Below the pieces are notes generated by a model. It was not told the origin of the DNA. It ran no database searches and was given only the letters and a program-made list of their open reading frames with translations. DNA of 64,000 nucleotides, taken from positions 22,699-86,698 of the forward strand of contig DATKZF010000003.1 in NCBI GenBank assembly GCA_035528115.1, read 5' to 3'. Below, one piece after another: positions 31,255-42,309 of the stretch (position 1 is its first letter; each line of letters begins with the position of its first letter). A program made the position numbers and the translations under genes. This DNA comes from Candidatus Bipolaricaulota bacterium. GTDB taxonomy: Bacteria; Patescibacteriota; Patescibacteriia; UBA11705; DATKZF01.

Positions 31255-31513
31255 ATTTTAGTGAGTAAAAAGTAATTAGAAACTGGAAACCGGAAACTAG
31301 AAACTGGGGATGGAAAAATCTATTCCCAAAAATCAGGAAAAGATCTCTCCGCTTCGTCATCCTTCGCCGCGGCTTCGGACGACTTCCTGCCTGCCGGCAG
31401 GCAGGCGGTCGAGATGACAACAGCGGCAGACTTGTCTCTTTATTTCTCTGTTCTTTTGTTCCATGCTCCATGATACATGATTCATGATACAGGCGTGATA
31501 CGTGCTCCATGAC
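31255..31513 (-). repeat. Composite intergenic repeat (CATG stutter + REP half + TTTCCRG stutter)
   Basis: Reverse complement closely parallels 41873-42297. Confidence 0.85.
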
Positions 31514-31984
31514 TCATGCTGCCGCGGATTGTTCTTCAAACTGAACCATAAGATCATCAATCACTTCTTTCGCCAAAGCTTCCACCTTAGCCACCATTTT
31601 TTTTCTGTTCGCCAATTTATACGCTTTAACGTCTTCCTGCTCATCTTGCGACATGACATTTTCCGGATCCTTATATTCTTTAAGCAGCGAATTCACTTTT
31701 TTCATCATTTTCTCCGCCTCTTTTTCGTCAAAAAAATCATCGATGGCGGATTGGATGTCTCCCAAAACAATCGATGCCCAGGTCGTTCTCAATTTATTTT
31801 CAAAAACTTTTTGACTTTCCTTTCTGGCGTATTTATCTTTATAACTTTCAGGACTCACCCACTCGTCTTCGAGTATTGGCCAAGCCAGCACTCTGTCAAA
31901 ATCGGCTATGGTTTTTCCGATTGCAATGGCTCGCTCCCTGTCTTGCGCGGGAACCTCCGACTTTCTCAATACATTTTCTTTCAT
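31514..31984 (-). CDS. Hypothetical helical protein
   Basis: Charged, helical ORF in line with the rseP-gap operon. Confidence 0.7.
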   Translation of the reverse strand: MKENVLRKSEVPAQDRERAIAIGKTIADFDRVLAWPILEDEWVSPESYKDKYARKESQKVFENKLRTTWASIVLGDIQSAIDDFFDEKEAEKMMKKVNSLLKEYKDPENVMSQDEQEDVKAYKLANRKKMVAKVEALAKEVIDDLMVQFEEQSAAA

Positions 31985-31988
31985 ATTT

Positions 31989-33104
31989 TTATGAAACAAA
32001 TTTATTCCAAATATTCGCGAAAACGTCTTTGAATTTGAATATGTCTCTGCCTGTAATCATTATAATCAATAAAATCAGCAAAGCAAAACCGATCGTGTGA
32101 ATGATATTCTCGATTTTTTGATTGATCGGCTTGCCGCGCAATTTTTCAATCAGCAGGAAAAGAGCCCGCCCGCCGTCGAGCGCCGGAAACGGAATGAAGT
32201 TGATTATCATCAAGTTAATCGATAAGAGCGCCGCGAATTGAATCACATAAATAATGCCCATTCTGGTGAATTGTCCGGTCAAGACGGCAATGCCCACCGG
32301 ACCGGCGACATCAAGGCCGGCGTGGCCGGTCGTCACCAAATTTTTAATCACGATCGCCAAACCTTTGACGATTTGTCCGGTCAGCAATGTCCCGCTTTTC
32401 AAACCGAGCCACAAAGATTTGTACCACGGATAAGATACGATGGCGGTCGAAACCACGCTCACGCCGATGCCGGGCTGTCCCAAATTCTCGAAATAAACGG
32501 GAGAAACGGACAAAGCCAGTGTCTCGTCGTATCTTTTGACTTTAATGTCAACGCTTTGTCCTTCTTTGGTTTTGATAATTTCCGCCACTTGCGAAGACGA
32601 CGACAAAGCTTGACCGTCTATTTCCAAAATGGCGTCGCCCGGCTCCAGTCCCGCGTCCATGGCCGGCGAATCGGCAGAGACTTCATACACCTGAACTTGC
32701 TTGTTTTTCAATAAAGCGGAGTTATCGCCGTTATCGATAATTTGCGGCGCGCCGATCATAAAACCGATTGACAATAAAACGCAGGCCAAAACGAAATTCA
32801 TGAATACGCCGGCGATGATTATTGCAAAACGCTTCCAAACTTTTTGAGCAATAAAGCTGTCTTTGTCTTCTTTATGCGCTCCGTCCTCGCCTTTTATTTT
32901 CACAAATCCCCCCAAAGGAATCCAATTCACCGAATAAAGGATGCCGGTTTTTTTGCTTTTGTATCCCCAAGCTTTGGGCGGAAAACCGATGCCGAATTCC
33001 TCGATTTTGACGCCGAGCTTTCTGGCCGTGAAATAATGGCCGATTTCGTGAACCAAAACCAAGACGGATAAAATGATGATGAAGACTATTGCAGTTAGGA
33101 GCAT
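31989..33104 (-). CDS. rseP: RIP metalloprotease RseP (M50, PDZ)
   Basis: HEIGH, IPLGGFV, PDZ (SPA..AGL..GD), NFIPFPALDGG. Confidence 0.95.
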   Translation of the reverse strand: MLLTAIVFIIILSVLVLVHEIGHYFTARKLGVKIEEFGIGFPPKAWGYKSKKTGILYSVNWIPLGGFVKIKGEDGAHKEDKDSFIAQKVWKRFAIIIAGVFMNFVLACVLLSIGFMIGAPQIIDNGDNSALLKNKQVQVYEVSADSPAMDAGLEPGDAILEIDGQALSSSSQVAEIIKTKEGQSVDIKVKRYDETLALSVSPVYFENLGQPGIGVSVVSTAIVSYPWYKSLWLGLKSGTLLTGQIVKGLAIVIKNLVTTGHAGLDVAGPVGIAVLTGQFTRMGIIYVIQFAALLSINLMIINFIPFPALDGGRALFLLIEKLRGKPINQKIENIIHTIGFALLILLIIMITGRDIFKFKDVFANIWNKFVS

Positions 33105-33144
33105 AATTTAAAATTAGTAATGAGTAAAAAGTAATGGGTAATTT

Positions 33145-33331
33145 GTTACGAATTACATTCTTCCATTTAGCTTCCAAGCGGTTGTTACGCCTGCCTGCTC
33201 CTCGAGTCTGAGCGACCTCGGAGTCGAAGACCGGCAGGCAGGAAGTACATTAACTTATAGCTTTAAGCCTGAGAATCTTGTAATACGTAACAAATAACCT
33301 AAAAGCTAAATAGAATATTGTAATTCGTAAC
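33145..33331 (-). repeat. Family-A element, empty, with nested hairpin 33190-33242
   Basis: Two plus two 13-bp units in inverted arms at the murI-rseP junction. Confidence 0.9.
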
Positions 33332-33335
33332 AATG

Positions 33336-34148
33336 CTACGTGCTACGTAAATCAACCTGCTCGATTTTTAATTTCTGTCCCAAAAACCTCTCGGCCATCT
33401 TTTCAAAATTCTCCGTCAAATCAGTCGCCAAATATTTTCTCTCTTTATTTTTACCCAATTTCGTTTCGATTTCAGGATGTCTTTTCAAATAATCTTTCAG
33501 CGACTCGGCCACGATCTTGGCCGGGTTGGGAACATCGACTTGCTTTCCCATCACCCGCCTGATTTGCTTGATTAAAATCGGATAATGAGTGCAACCCAAA
33601 ATCAAACTTTGAATTTTTTTGTTTTTTAACGGCCGCAGATAAGTTCTCAAAATCCTCATGGTTTCCGGACGATTGAGCCAATTTTCTTCAATCAGCGGCA
33701 CGAACAAAGGGGTGGCCGCTTGAAAAATCTTGGCTTTTGATTTTAATTTTTCCAATTCTTTTTTATAAACATTTGACGCGATGGTGCCCCTGGTGCCGAT
33801 GACCCCGATTCTTTTATAATCTTTTACGGCGAAAAATTCCGCCACCGGCCTGATGACTCCGAGTATTCTTTTCGTCTCGGAATTTTTCACCGGCAGATAA
33901 TCCTCTTGCAATCTTTTCAAAGCCAAGCCTGAGGAAGTATTGCAAGCCACGATAATCAATTCACAGCCTTGCTCAAACAAATAATCGCAAGCTTGTTTGG
34001 AAAACTCATAAATCGCCTCGGCCGAGCGATTGCCGTAAGGCACGCGGGCCGTGTCGCCCAAATACAAGTAATCGTATTGCGGCAAATTTTTCAATAATTG
34101 CCTAAGGACCGTTAAGCCGCCCAGGCCTGAATCGAATACTCCAATCAT
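33336..34148 (-). CDS. murI: Glutamate racemase
   Basis: FDSGLGG, PYG, ACNT, LGCTHY. Confidence 0.97.
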   Translation of the reverse strand: MIGVFDSGLGGLTVLRQLLKNLPQYDYLYLGDTARVPYGNRSAEAIYEFSKQACDYLFEQGCELIIVACNTSSGLALKRLQEDYLPVKNSETKRILGVIRPVAEFFAVKDYKRIGVIGTRGTIASNVYKKELEKLKSKAKIFQAATPLFVPLIEENWLNRPETMRILRTYLRPLKNKKIQSLILGCTHYPILIKQIRRVMGKQVDVPNPAKIVAESLKDYLKRHPEIETKLGKNKERKYLATDLTENFEKMAERFLGQKLKIEQVDLRST

Positions 34149-34185
34149 AAATAAACTGGGAATAGTTATGACATTATTAATTTAC

Positions 34186-34258
34186 GAGGTTGTTAGGTCG
34201 TAGGTTCTTAGGGAAGCTATGAAATCCAACCCTAAAAACCTAATAACCTACCACCTAC
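34186..34258. repeat. Stutter inverted repeat (TAGGT/ACCTA), empty
   Basis: Inverted arms of 8-9 nt period; relative at 62361-62432. Confidence 0.75.
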
Positions 34259-34259
34259 T

Positions 34260-35609
34260 TTATGTTTCATGCTTAATCAAAGCTGATATTTCAGTCGTCT
34301 TTGCCTCCATCATCTCTTTGGTCTTTGCTTCCAAATTCAATCTAAGCACCGACTCGGTGTTCGATGCTCTCACATTGAACCACCAATCATCAAATTCTAT
34401 TCTGATCCCGTCCATTTGCGAAACGTCTTTGGCGCCGGCCGCGTATTTTGATTTTAAATTATTCATGACGCCGTCCTGGTCATTGACTTCGAAATTCAAT
34501 TCACCCGATCGAAAATAAACATCCACCGCCCTGACCATTTTCGATAATTTTTCATTTTTTTCCGACAGCAATTCAAGCATGTAAAGCATGGTCAAATCAG
34601 CGGACTCGACATTGAAGAAATCACGGTAATAAAAGTGGCTGGACAATTCTCCGGCAAAAACCGCTTTTTGTCTGGCCATTTCCTTTATAATCAATGTCCT
34701 GCCCACCTTGAACATGACCGGCTGACCGCCGGCTTTCAAAACCGCCTCTTTGACCGCCCAGCCGGAGCGCAGATCATAAATGACTTTGCCGCCCGGATGC
34801 TTGGTCAAAACTTTCTCGGCCAAAAGCGCGGTTGCGATATCGCCTGACAAAATATTTCCTTGGTCATCGACAAAACCGACGCGATCCGCGTCGCCGTCAA
34901 AGGCCACTCCCAAGTCCGCGCCGCTTTCTTTGACTTTGGCCACCAAAGCGACCAGAGTTTCCTTTTTCAAGGGGTTGGCCTCATGATTGGGGAAATTGCC
35001 GTCAAGTTCCTTAAATAAATATTCAACGCGGCAAGGCAAACGATCCATGATTTGGTCTATCAAAAGTCCTCCCACGGCATTGGCCGTGTCAATGACCACT
35101 TTGAACGGCTTGATTTTCTCAATATCGATCAAGGATAAAATTTTATCCAAATATTCTTTTTGAAAATTCAATTCTTTGACCGCGCCTTTTTCCTTTTGTT
35201 CGAACTCGGCCTCAGCCATCAAATGCTTGATTTTATTCAAACCATGTTCCAGTCCGATCGGTTCGCCGTTTTTATCCAAGAATTTAAAACCGTTCCATTC
35301 TTTGGGATTATGCGAGGCCGTCACCATAATTCCCAAATCGACTTTTTTGTCAGTCAAAACGGAAAAATTAAACAGCGGCGTGGAAGCCAAGCCGATATCG
35401 ATCGCCTCCGCTCCCCCGTCAATGATGCCTTCGATCAAAGATTGTTTCAATTCCGGACTGGAAATTCTGGCATCGGCGCCGACCAGCACGGTCTTGGCAC
35501 TGGCAAAGGCCACAGCCGCTCGGCCCAGCAAAAAAGCGAATTCCTTGTTTATCCGCTCGGGATAAACGCCTCTAATATCATAGGCCTTGAAAATTTCATG
35601 GTCTTTCAT
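34260..35609 (-). CDS. Phosphomannomutase/phosphoglucomutase
   Basis: FKAYDIRG, TASHNP, FDGDADR, GELSSH, RASNTE. Confidence 0.95.
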   Translation of the reverse strand: MKDHEIFKAYDIRGVYPERINKEFAFLLGRAAVAFASAKTVLVGADARISSPELKQSLIEGIIDGGAEAIDIGLASTPLFNFSVLTDKKVDLGIMVTASHNPKEWNGFKFLDKNGEPIGLEHGLNKIKHLMAEAEFEQKEKGAVKELNFQKEYLDKILSLIDIEKIKPFKVVIDTANAVGGLLIDQIMDRLPCRVEYLFKELDGNFPNHEANPLKKETLVALVAKVKESGADLGVAFDGDADRVGFVDDQGNILSGDIATALLAEKVLTKHPGGKVIYDLRSGWAVKEAVLKAGGQPVMFKVGRTLIIKEMARQKAVFAGELSSHFYYRDFFNVESADLTMLYMLELLSEKNEKLSKMVRAVDVYFRSGELNFEVNDQDGVMNNLKSKYAAGAKDVSQMDGIRIEFDDWWFNVRASNTESVLRLNLEAKTKEMMEAKTTEISALIKHET

Positions 35610-35722
35610 AAAATATCCTTTTTAAGGTTATACAAATTCAATTTTACAGAAAAAATGGAATTACCACAAGTAAAAGCGCCCCGCCGAAATAATGACGGAG
35701 CGCTTTCCAATTATTAAAACGA

Positions 35723-36862
35723 TTAAGATTTGGAACTGTCCTTGATCGCCAAAATAAAGGCTCCCAGACCAACCAAGACGAGAACAACCCAGACCATTCC
35801 TCCGACAAACGGAATCAAGCCGATAACGGACAAGACAACCAAGCCGATCAAAAATCCCAAGTAACGATCTATTTTTTTCTTTTTGAATAAATATTTCAGT
35901 AACAAAGACCCGACGAATAAACCGGCGAAGACTTTCGAAACATACAACATCACCAAGAACAAAACCAAGGAAACGACGGCCAACGGCGCGCCGATGATGG
36001 TAATCAGTAAAATGACAAAAGCGACGGGCATCAGTATTAGCGCCAAGAATCCGAGGCCCAAGCTGACGCCGAATCTTTCCATGGCCTTGGCCGCCACCCG
36101 TTCGCCGAATTTGCCGAAAACGGCCATTAGCAAAAGACCTATTAAAAGCAGAGCGGCGAATGAAAAGATCTTTTTGCCCCAAAAATTATTTCGCGATTTT
36201 TCGGCGCTAACAGCCGCCACATTGACTTTTTTCACCACTTCGCCTTCCACGATCGCGCCATCTTCGCTTATCAACTCATTCGGCGCGGAGTATGTTATGC
36301 CTCCTTTGACATTGGCGCTGGAATGCAAAATAAATTGACCTTCTTTATCAATGCTGGCCCTAACCCCTTGATCAATGGCAGAATTGATTTCGAGCGATCC
36401 GGCCGCGACGCTGAGAGTTCCTTTCACCGGTCCGTTAACATTGACCAAACCGCCGGCCGCCATCAAATCCCAGCCGATCTCGGCGTTTTCCTTGACGAAA
36501 ATAATACCGGCGGCCACGGTCGCGTTTTTGCCGACTTTGCCGTCGATTTCAAAACTGCTGGCTCCGCCGCGCACATTGCCGGCCACATTGCCGGAGATTC
36601 GAACATATGAACCGAAAACGATCAAGTCGCCGTCTATATTACCGGTGACATTGACCATGTTGCCGAAGACGTAAACGTCTTTTTTGAAATTGCCGCCCAA
36701 GTCAATGGACTGACCGGCCGCGATGAAATTGGTCTCGACATCTTGCCCTGCCGGAATATAAATATTTTGCGGCATGGACTCACCGGCCAAAGAGACGGCC
36801 GGCATGGCCAAAGACATCAAAGCAACGCCCAAAACGGCGATTAGAACTTTTGTTTTTTTCAT
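35723..36862 (-). CDS. Polymer-forming cytoskeletal (bactofilin-like beta-helix) membrane protein
   Basis: Signal peptide, repeated V.I.G.V.GD beta-helix units, five C-terminal TMs. Confidence 0.75.
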   Translation of the reverse strand: MKKTKVLIAVLGVALMSLAMPAVSLAGESMPQNIYIPAGQDVETNFIAAGQSIDLGGNFKKDVYVFGNMVNVTGNIDGDLIVFGSYVRISGNVAGNVRGGASSFEIDGKVGKNATVAAGIIFVKENAEIGWDLMAAGGLVNVNGPVKGTLSVAAGSLEINSAIDQGVRASIDKEGQFILHSSANVKGGITYSAPNELISEDGAIVEGEVVKKVNVAAVSAEKSRNNFWGKKIFSFAALLLIGLLLMAVFGKFGERVAAKAMERFGVSLGLGFLALILMPVAFVILLITIIGAPLAVVSLVLFLVMLYVSKVFAGLFVGSLLLKYLFKKKKIDRYLGFLIGLVVLSVIGLIPFVGGMVWVVLVLVGLGAFILAIKDSSKS

Positions 36863-36973
36863 AAAAAGGCTATTTGAATTATTAAATACGATTTTTGACA
36901 TTCCCGTTTATTCATTATACAATATTTAAACAAACAATCAAATATTCGTAATTAATATTAACTTAAAAATGTT

Positions 36974-37609
36974 ATGACAGGTTTACTAATAGTCATTGCA
37001 GCGATCGTGGTTATCGCCCTTTGGCTGGTCGGAATTTACAACGGTTTAATCAAGCTGAAAAACAGAACGCAAGAAGCTTGGTCCGATATCGACGTGCAGC
37101 TGAAAAGGCGCTATGATCTGATCCCCAATTTGGTGGAAACGGTCAAAGGCTACGCCACTCACGAGCAATCGACATTTCTCAAAGTCACCGAGGCGAGGAA
37201 CATGGCCATGGCGGCCACCACGCCCGAAGAAAAAGCCAAAACGGAAAACATGCTTTCTTCCACTTTGAAAACCTTGTTCGCTGTCGCTGAAAATTATCCG
37301 GAATTGAAAGCGAATCAAAATTTCTTGCAACTGCAAGATGAATTGTCCGACACGGAAAATAAAATTCAATCTTCCCGCAGATTTTACAATGGCAATGTCA
37401 GAGACTTTAACACCAAAATCGAAGTTTTTCCGAACAACATGATTGCCGGAACTTTAGGATTTAAAAAATTCGAATATTTCGAGGCGGAGGAAGAAGAAAA
37501 GAAAAACGTGAAAGTCAGTTTTCAGAACGAACAACCGGCGACTCCGGCTCCTGCTCCGGAAAATAAACCGGAAAACATGAACGGAGAAAGCGAATCAAAG
37601 CCGCAATAA
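36974..37609 (+). CDS. lemA: LemA family protein
   Basis: AWSDIDVQLKRRYDLIPNLV, ENYPELKA, RRFYN. Confidence 0.95.
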   Translation: MTGLLIVIAAIVVIALWLVGIYNGLIKLKNRTQEAWSDIDVQLKRRYDLIPNLVETVKGYATHEQSTFLKVTEARNMAMAATTPEEKAKTENMLSSTLKTLFAVAENYPELKANQNFLQLQDELSDTENKIQSSRRFYNGNVRDFNTKIEVFPNNMIAGTLGFKKFEYFEAEEEEKKNVKVSFQNEQPATPAPAPENKPENMNGESESKPQ

Positions 37610-37672
37610 TCTTTTACAATTCACTCGGCGTTAAACAGGCAAAAGTTAAGCGCTTTTGCTTGTTTGATAAAT

Positions 37673-37806
37673 GTTACGAATTACAATATTCTATTTAGCT
37701 TTCAGGTTATTTGTTACTAATTACAATCTTCTTAAGCATAATGCTATGGGTGAATGTAATTTGTAATATTCGTCTGTAGGCCAAATGGAATCTTGTAATT
37801 CGTAAC
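37673..37806 (+). repeat. Family-A element, empty
   Basis: Two plus two units in inverted arms at the lemA-htpX junction. Confidence 0.88.
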
Positions 37807-37878
37807 AATGTAACAATGATTCATGTTATGTGTTATGTGATACGTGTTACGTGATATGTGTTCCATGATCCAGGAAAT

Positions 37879-38775
37879 ATGTACAAACAAATAGACTCCA
37901 ATAAAAGAAAAAGTTTTTTTCTGGTAACCATCTTCATTATCATTGTGTTATTGTTGGGCGCGATTTTCGGATATTTGACCGGATACTTTTTCGAATTCGT
38001 CTTTTTGGCTATTGTCATTTCGCTGGTCATGACGCTGGTCAGCTATTTTCAAGGAGATAAAATCGCGCTCGCTTCCGCCGGTGCGGTCGGGCCGATAGCC
38101 GAATCGGAGAATAAATACGTTTATCGATTGGTGCAAAATTTATGCATCACCGCCGGCCTGCCCATGCCGAAAATTTATCTGATCAATGACCCGGCGCCCA
38201 ACGCTTTTGCCACGGGCAGAAAACCTGAGATGGCTTCGATCGCCTTGACCACGGGCCTGATTGAAAAGCTGGAAAACGAAGAACTCGAAGGCGTCATCGC
38301 CCATGAATTGTCGCACATAAAAAATTACGATATCAGACTGATGATGATGGTGCTGATTCTGGTCGGCACGGTGGCGCTCATGGCCAATTGGTTTTTCAGA
38401 TTCTCCGCTTTCGGCGGACGCTCGCGAGATCGAAGCGGCCAAGCAGGAGGAATTTTGATTATCGTCGGCATCGTATTATCTCTTTTATCTCCTTTGATCG
38501 CCGAATTGATCAAATTGGCCATTTCTAGAAAAAGAGAATTTTTGGCTGACGCAGACGGCGCGCTTTTGACTCGCTATCCTGAAGGCTTGGCCAAAGCTCT
38601 TGAAAAAATCTCAGCTTACGACAGACCCATGGCCAAAGCCAGCAACGCCTCGGCCCATCTTTACATCGCCAATCCGTTTTTCGGGCAAAAAAAATTTTTG
38701 ACCGGCTTATTTTCCACTCATCCGCCGATTGAAAAAAGAATCGGCGAACTCAGAGGCATGGAAAGAAATTTATAA
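37879..38775 (+). CDS. htpX: M48 zinc metalloprotease HtpX
   Basis: PNAFATG, AHELSH, SRKREFLAD, FSTHPP. Confidence 0.95.
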   Translation: MYKQIDSNKRKSFFLVTIFIIIVLLLGAIFGYLTGYFFEFVFLAIVISLVMTLVSYFQGDKIALASAGAVGPIAESENKYVYRLVQNLCITAGLPMPKIYLINDPAPNAFATGRKPEMASIALTTGLIEKLENEELEGVIAHELSHIKNYDIRLMMMVLILVGTVALMANWFFRFSAFGGRSRDRSGQAGGILIIVGIVLSLLSPLIAELIKLAISRKREFLADADGALLTRYPEGLAKALEKISAYDRPMAKASNASAHLYIANPFFGQKKFLTGLFSTHPPIEKRIGELRGMERNL

Positions 38776-41207
38776 TGATTATGTACAGCGACAAATTCGA
38801 CAACAACGTAAAAAAGGCCATTTATAAAGCCTTTAATATAGCCAAGGCAACGGGTTGCGAGCAAGTCTTGCCCGCGCACCTGCTTTTGGCGTTGATCAAG
38901 CAAAAAGGCACCATTGCCAATGAACTGCTCAGTCCGAAATCGCTGGAAAGCAAAATTTTGGACACCGTTTCCAAACACAAATCCTCGGAAACTTTGAGAA
39001 AATTGCCGACACTGTCTTTATCCACGGAAGAAATCGTTTTGCGCGCCGCAAAAACCGCTTTCGAAAACAAACATCCGTTCATCGGCACCGAACATTTGTT
39101 TCATGCCATCATTTCGGACGAGAGCAATGATTTGAAAGAAATCTTTTCCAATAAAATAAACCGCGCCAATATCAAAACCCAGCTTAAAGCCCGCTTTAGC
39201 GGTATTTCCAGATTTCCGGAAATACGCGATATGTTTAATTTTTTCCAGGCGGACATGCCGACAGACATTATCGATAACCCGGCCGGCGACAAAAAACAAA
39301 ATCTGCTGGAATTTTTCGCCGTTGATTTGACCGATCCCAAAAATCAAAAAAAATTCATGCCGCTCATCGGCAGAGAAAAAGAAATCAGCCAACTGATTCA
39401 AATTTTGTGCCGAAAGAATAAAAATAATCCGCTGCTGCTCGGCGAGCCGGGCGTGGGCAAAACCGCGCTGGTCGAAGGCCTGGCGCAAAGAATTCTCGAA
39501 GGCAAAACACCTGACATTTTGGCTGATAAAAAAATTATGGCTTTGGATTTGGGTTCCTTGGTCGCCGGCACCATGTACCGCGGCGATTTCGAATCTCGCG
39601 TCAAACAAATTCTGGAAGAAATAAAATCGGATCCGAAAATAATTTTATTCATCGATGAAATCCACGCCATCACCGGCGCGGGCTCGGCCAGCGGCGCGCT
39701 GGACGCGGCCAATCTTTTCAAACCTCTGCTCGCTCGAGGCGAACTCCGATGCATCGGCGCGACCACCGATCAAGAATACAAAAAAACCATCAGCCAGGAC
39801 GCCGCCCTGGCCAGAAGATTTCAACCGTTGTCGCTCGGCGAACCGACCGGCGAAGAAACCTTTGAAATATTGCAAGGATTGAAAGAATGTTATGAAGACT
39901 TTCACGAAATAAAAATCAGCGACCAAGCCTTGCTGGCCGCGATTGACTTGTCTTCAAAATACAATCCGGAAAGATTCCAGCCTGACAAATCTCTGGATTT
40001 GATCGATGAGGCGTCGGCCATGCTGAAAATAGAAAATCCCGCGGCCAACGAGAAAATCAAAAAAACCAAAAACCTGCAAAAACAAATCGAAATTTTGCGC
40101 GGCCGCAAAGAAAAAGCGGTGCTGGAAGAAAATTACCACGAAGCCATTAACATCAGGGAACAAATACGCAAGCTCAAAAAAAACATCGAGGCTGAAAACG
40201 GGCAAAACCCGGACAAAAAATCTCTGCCCCTGCTTGAAGCGAGCGATATTCAAAAAGTTTTGGCGCAAAAACTAAACATTGATTTATCTCAAATCAGCCT
40301 GACCCAAAGCGGAAACCTGGCCGGTCTAAATGAAAAAATATCCAATATTGTCATTGGCCAAAATGGCATTATCGAAAAAGTCGTAAAAACCCTTAAAAAA
40401 TCATACACCGGACTCAATGCCGGCAAACGTCCGCTGGCTTCTTTTATCTTTGCCGGACCGAGCGGTTGCGGCAAAACCTATTTGGCCGAAGCGCTGTCAA
40501 ACTCCCTGTTCGCGGGCAGAAATAATTTAATTCGCCTGGACATGTCCGAATTCTCGGAACAATTCAATATTTCCAAACTGATCGGCGCTCCGGCGGGTTA
40601 CGTGGGCTACCAAGAAGAAAATAAATTCACGGATCAGGTCAAGAAAAAACCGCACAGCATTATTTTGTTGGATGAAGTGGAAAAAGCGCACAAAAGCGTT
40701 TACAATTTATTTCTGCAAATCTTGGACAGAGGGCAATTGACTGACGCGGCCGGAAAAATAATATCGTTTCGGCAAGCGATAATAATTTTCACCACCAATC
40801 TCGGAAATTCCAACGAGCGAATAAAAATCGGCTTCGGCGGCGACGGCAAGGAAGACAGCGGAGACAATGTCATTTCCGAAATCAAAAAATTCTTTTTGCC
40901 GGAATTCATAAATCGCTTGGATGAAATTTTAGTTTTTAACAGCTTGGACTTAAATAATTTGGAAAAAATAGCTACAATGGAATTAGCAAAGATAAAAGAC
41001 CGGCTTGAGGCCGCCGGCAAAAAAATGACATTCTCCGATGAAATCGCCGCCACCCTGGCCAAGCAATGCGAAAAGAAAAACGCGAGATCTCTGCTGAAAA
41101 TAATCGAAGAAAAAATCATTGAACCCCTGACGGAAAAAATAATCAGCTCCGCCGATAATTCTCTCATTGAAATAACTCTCGACGGCCAAAATATAAACAT
41201 AAAATAA
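38775..41207 (+). CDS. clpC: ATP-dependent Clp protease ATPase subunit (ClpC-like)
   Basis: Clp_N, GEPGVGKT, FIDEIH, UVR-like middle domain, GPSGCGKT, DEVEKAH. Confidence 0.85.
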   Translation: MIMYSDKFDNNVKKAIYKAFNIAKATGCEQVLPAHLLLALIKQKGTIANELLSPKSLESKILDTVSKHKSSETLRKLPTLSLSTEEIVLRAAKTAFENKHPFIGTEHLFHAIISDESNDLKEIFSNKINRANIKTQLKARFSGISRFPEIRDMFNFFQADMPTDIIDNPAGDKKQNLLEFFAVDLTDPKNQKKFMPLIGREKEISQLIQILCRKNKNNPLLLGEPGVGKTALVEGLAQRILEGKTPDILADKKIMALDLGSLVAGTMYRGDFESRVKQILEEIKSDPKIILFIDEIHAITGAGSASGALDAANLFKPLLARGELRCIGATTDQEYKKTISQDAALARRFQPLSLGEPTGEETFEILQGLKECYEDFHEIKISDQALLAAIDLSSKYNPERFQPDKSLDLIDEASAMLKIENPAANEKIKKTKNLQKQIEILRGRKEKAVLEENYHEAINIREQIRKLKKNIEAENGQNPDKKSLPLLEASDIQKVLAQKLNIDLSQISLTQSGNLAGLNEKISNIVIGQNGIIEKVVKTLKKSYTGLNAGKRPLASFIFAGPSGCGKTYLAEALSNSLFAGRNNLIRLDMSEFSEQFNISKLIGAPAGYVGYQEENKFTDQVKKKPHSIILLDEVEKAHKSVYNLFLQILDRGQLTDAAGKIISFRQAIIIFTTNLGNSNERIKIGFGGDGKEDSGDNVISEIKKFFLPEFINRLDEILVFNSLDLNNLEKIATMELAKIKDRLEAAGKKMTFSDEIAATLAKQCEKKNARSLLKIIEEKIIEPLTEKIISSADNSLIEITLDGQNINIK

Positions 41208-41870
41208 ATGACTCCGATCAATCAAGCCGCGGCGGCCGATGACAATCAAAGACAGGATGTCAACGCGACTGAAAATACCGATGTCAATAACGAACCCGCG
41301 CCGAAAAGAGGCGGGCTGGCTTATAGTGAACAAAAAGCCGCGCCAAGCAGCGCTCCGGCTCCGGATCGAGCGGCTGACGAGCTGACCATGGCCAGGCGAT
41401 TGAAACGGCGAAAGATGAAAGACAAAGTCAGGAGAGCAAGGAGCGTCGCCGGAGGCGGCGCCAAACTCGCGGGCAAAGGCATGAAAGTCGCGGGCAAAGG
41501 CATGAAAGTCGCTGGCAAAGGCATAAAGGCGGGGGGACAAGCCGTTGGCGCGACGGGCAGCGCCCTGTCATCAACCGGAATCGGCGCGATTGTCGGCGTG
41601 CCTTTGCAAATAGCGGGCGGCGCCATGTCCTTGGGAGGCTCGGCGGTCTCCGCGGGCGGCTCGGGATTGGGCAAACTCGGAAAAATGGCAAGCCCGGGCA
41701 AAGCGCGGCCGGAAGAACCGGCTCAAAAAGTCGTCAAAGCCGCAAAAAAAGCGATTTCCACCTTTGTAAAAATATTCGTGCCGCTCGTTTGCTGCAATCC
41801 TTTCTGTCTGCTTATTTTACTGATTTTATTCATAGTTATAATGATCGCGCACCAGCTTGGCATGTTGTGA
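41208..41870 (+). CDS. Gly/Ala/Lys-rich membrane protein
   Basis: AGKGMKV x3 from a 21-bp tandem repeat (41469-41531); C-terminal TM. Confidence 0.7.
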   Translation: MTPINQAAAADDNQRQDVNATENTDVNNEPAPKRGGLAYSEQKAAPSSAPAPDRAADELTMARRLKRRKMKDKVRRARSVAGGGAKLAGKGMKVAGKGMKVAGKGIKAGGQAVGATGSALSSTGIGAIVGVPLQIAGGAMSLGGSAVSAGGSGLGKLGKMASPGKARPEEPAQKVVKAAKKAISTFVKIFVPLVCCNPFCLLILLILFIVIMIAHQLGML

Positions 41871-41872
41871 CG

Positions 41873-42297
41873 CATGGAGCCATATCACATATCACGTATC
41901 ATGGATCACATATCATGGAACATGAAGCATGGAGCACGTAACACGTATCACATAACAAAAGAACAGAAAGACAGAGAAACAAGGCCGACGCTGTTGTCAT
42001 CTCGACCGCCTGCCTGCTCCTCGAGTCTGAGCTCGGAGTCGAAGACCGGCAGGCAGGAAGTCGTCCGAAGCCGCGGCGAAGGATGACGAAGCGGAGAGAT
42101 CTTTTCCTAATTAACCATCGTTGTCATCTCGACCGAAGCGGAGAGATCTTTTCCTAATTAACCATCGTTGTCATCTCGACCGAAGCGGAGAGATCTTTTC
42201 CTAATTCTTCGGAATAGATTTCTCCATCCCCGGTTTCCAATTTCCGGTTTCCGGTTTCTATTTCCCATTCCCCATTACTCTTTACCAATTACTTTTA
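41873..42297 (+). repeat. Composite intergenic repeat with 47-bp tandem triplication
   Basis: GAAGCGGAGAGATCTTTTCCTAATT at 42088, 42135 and 42182; nested hairpins at 42009-42057 and 42060-42087. Confidence 0.88.
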
Positions 42298-42309
42298 ACA
42301 AAAAAAAAT

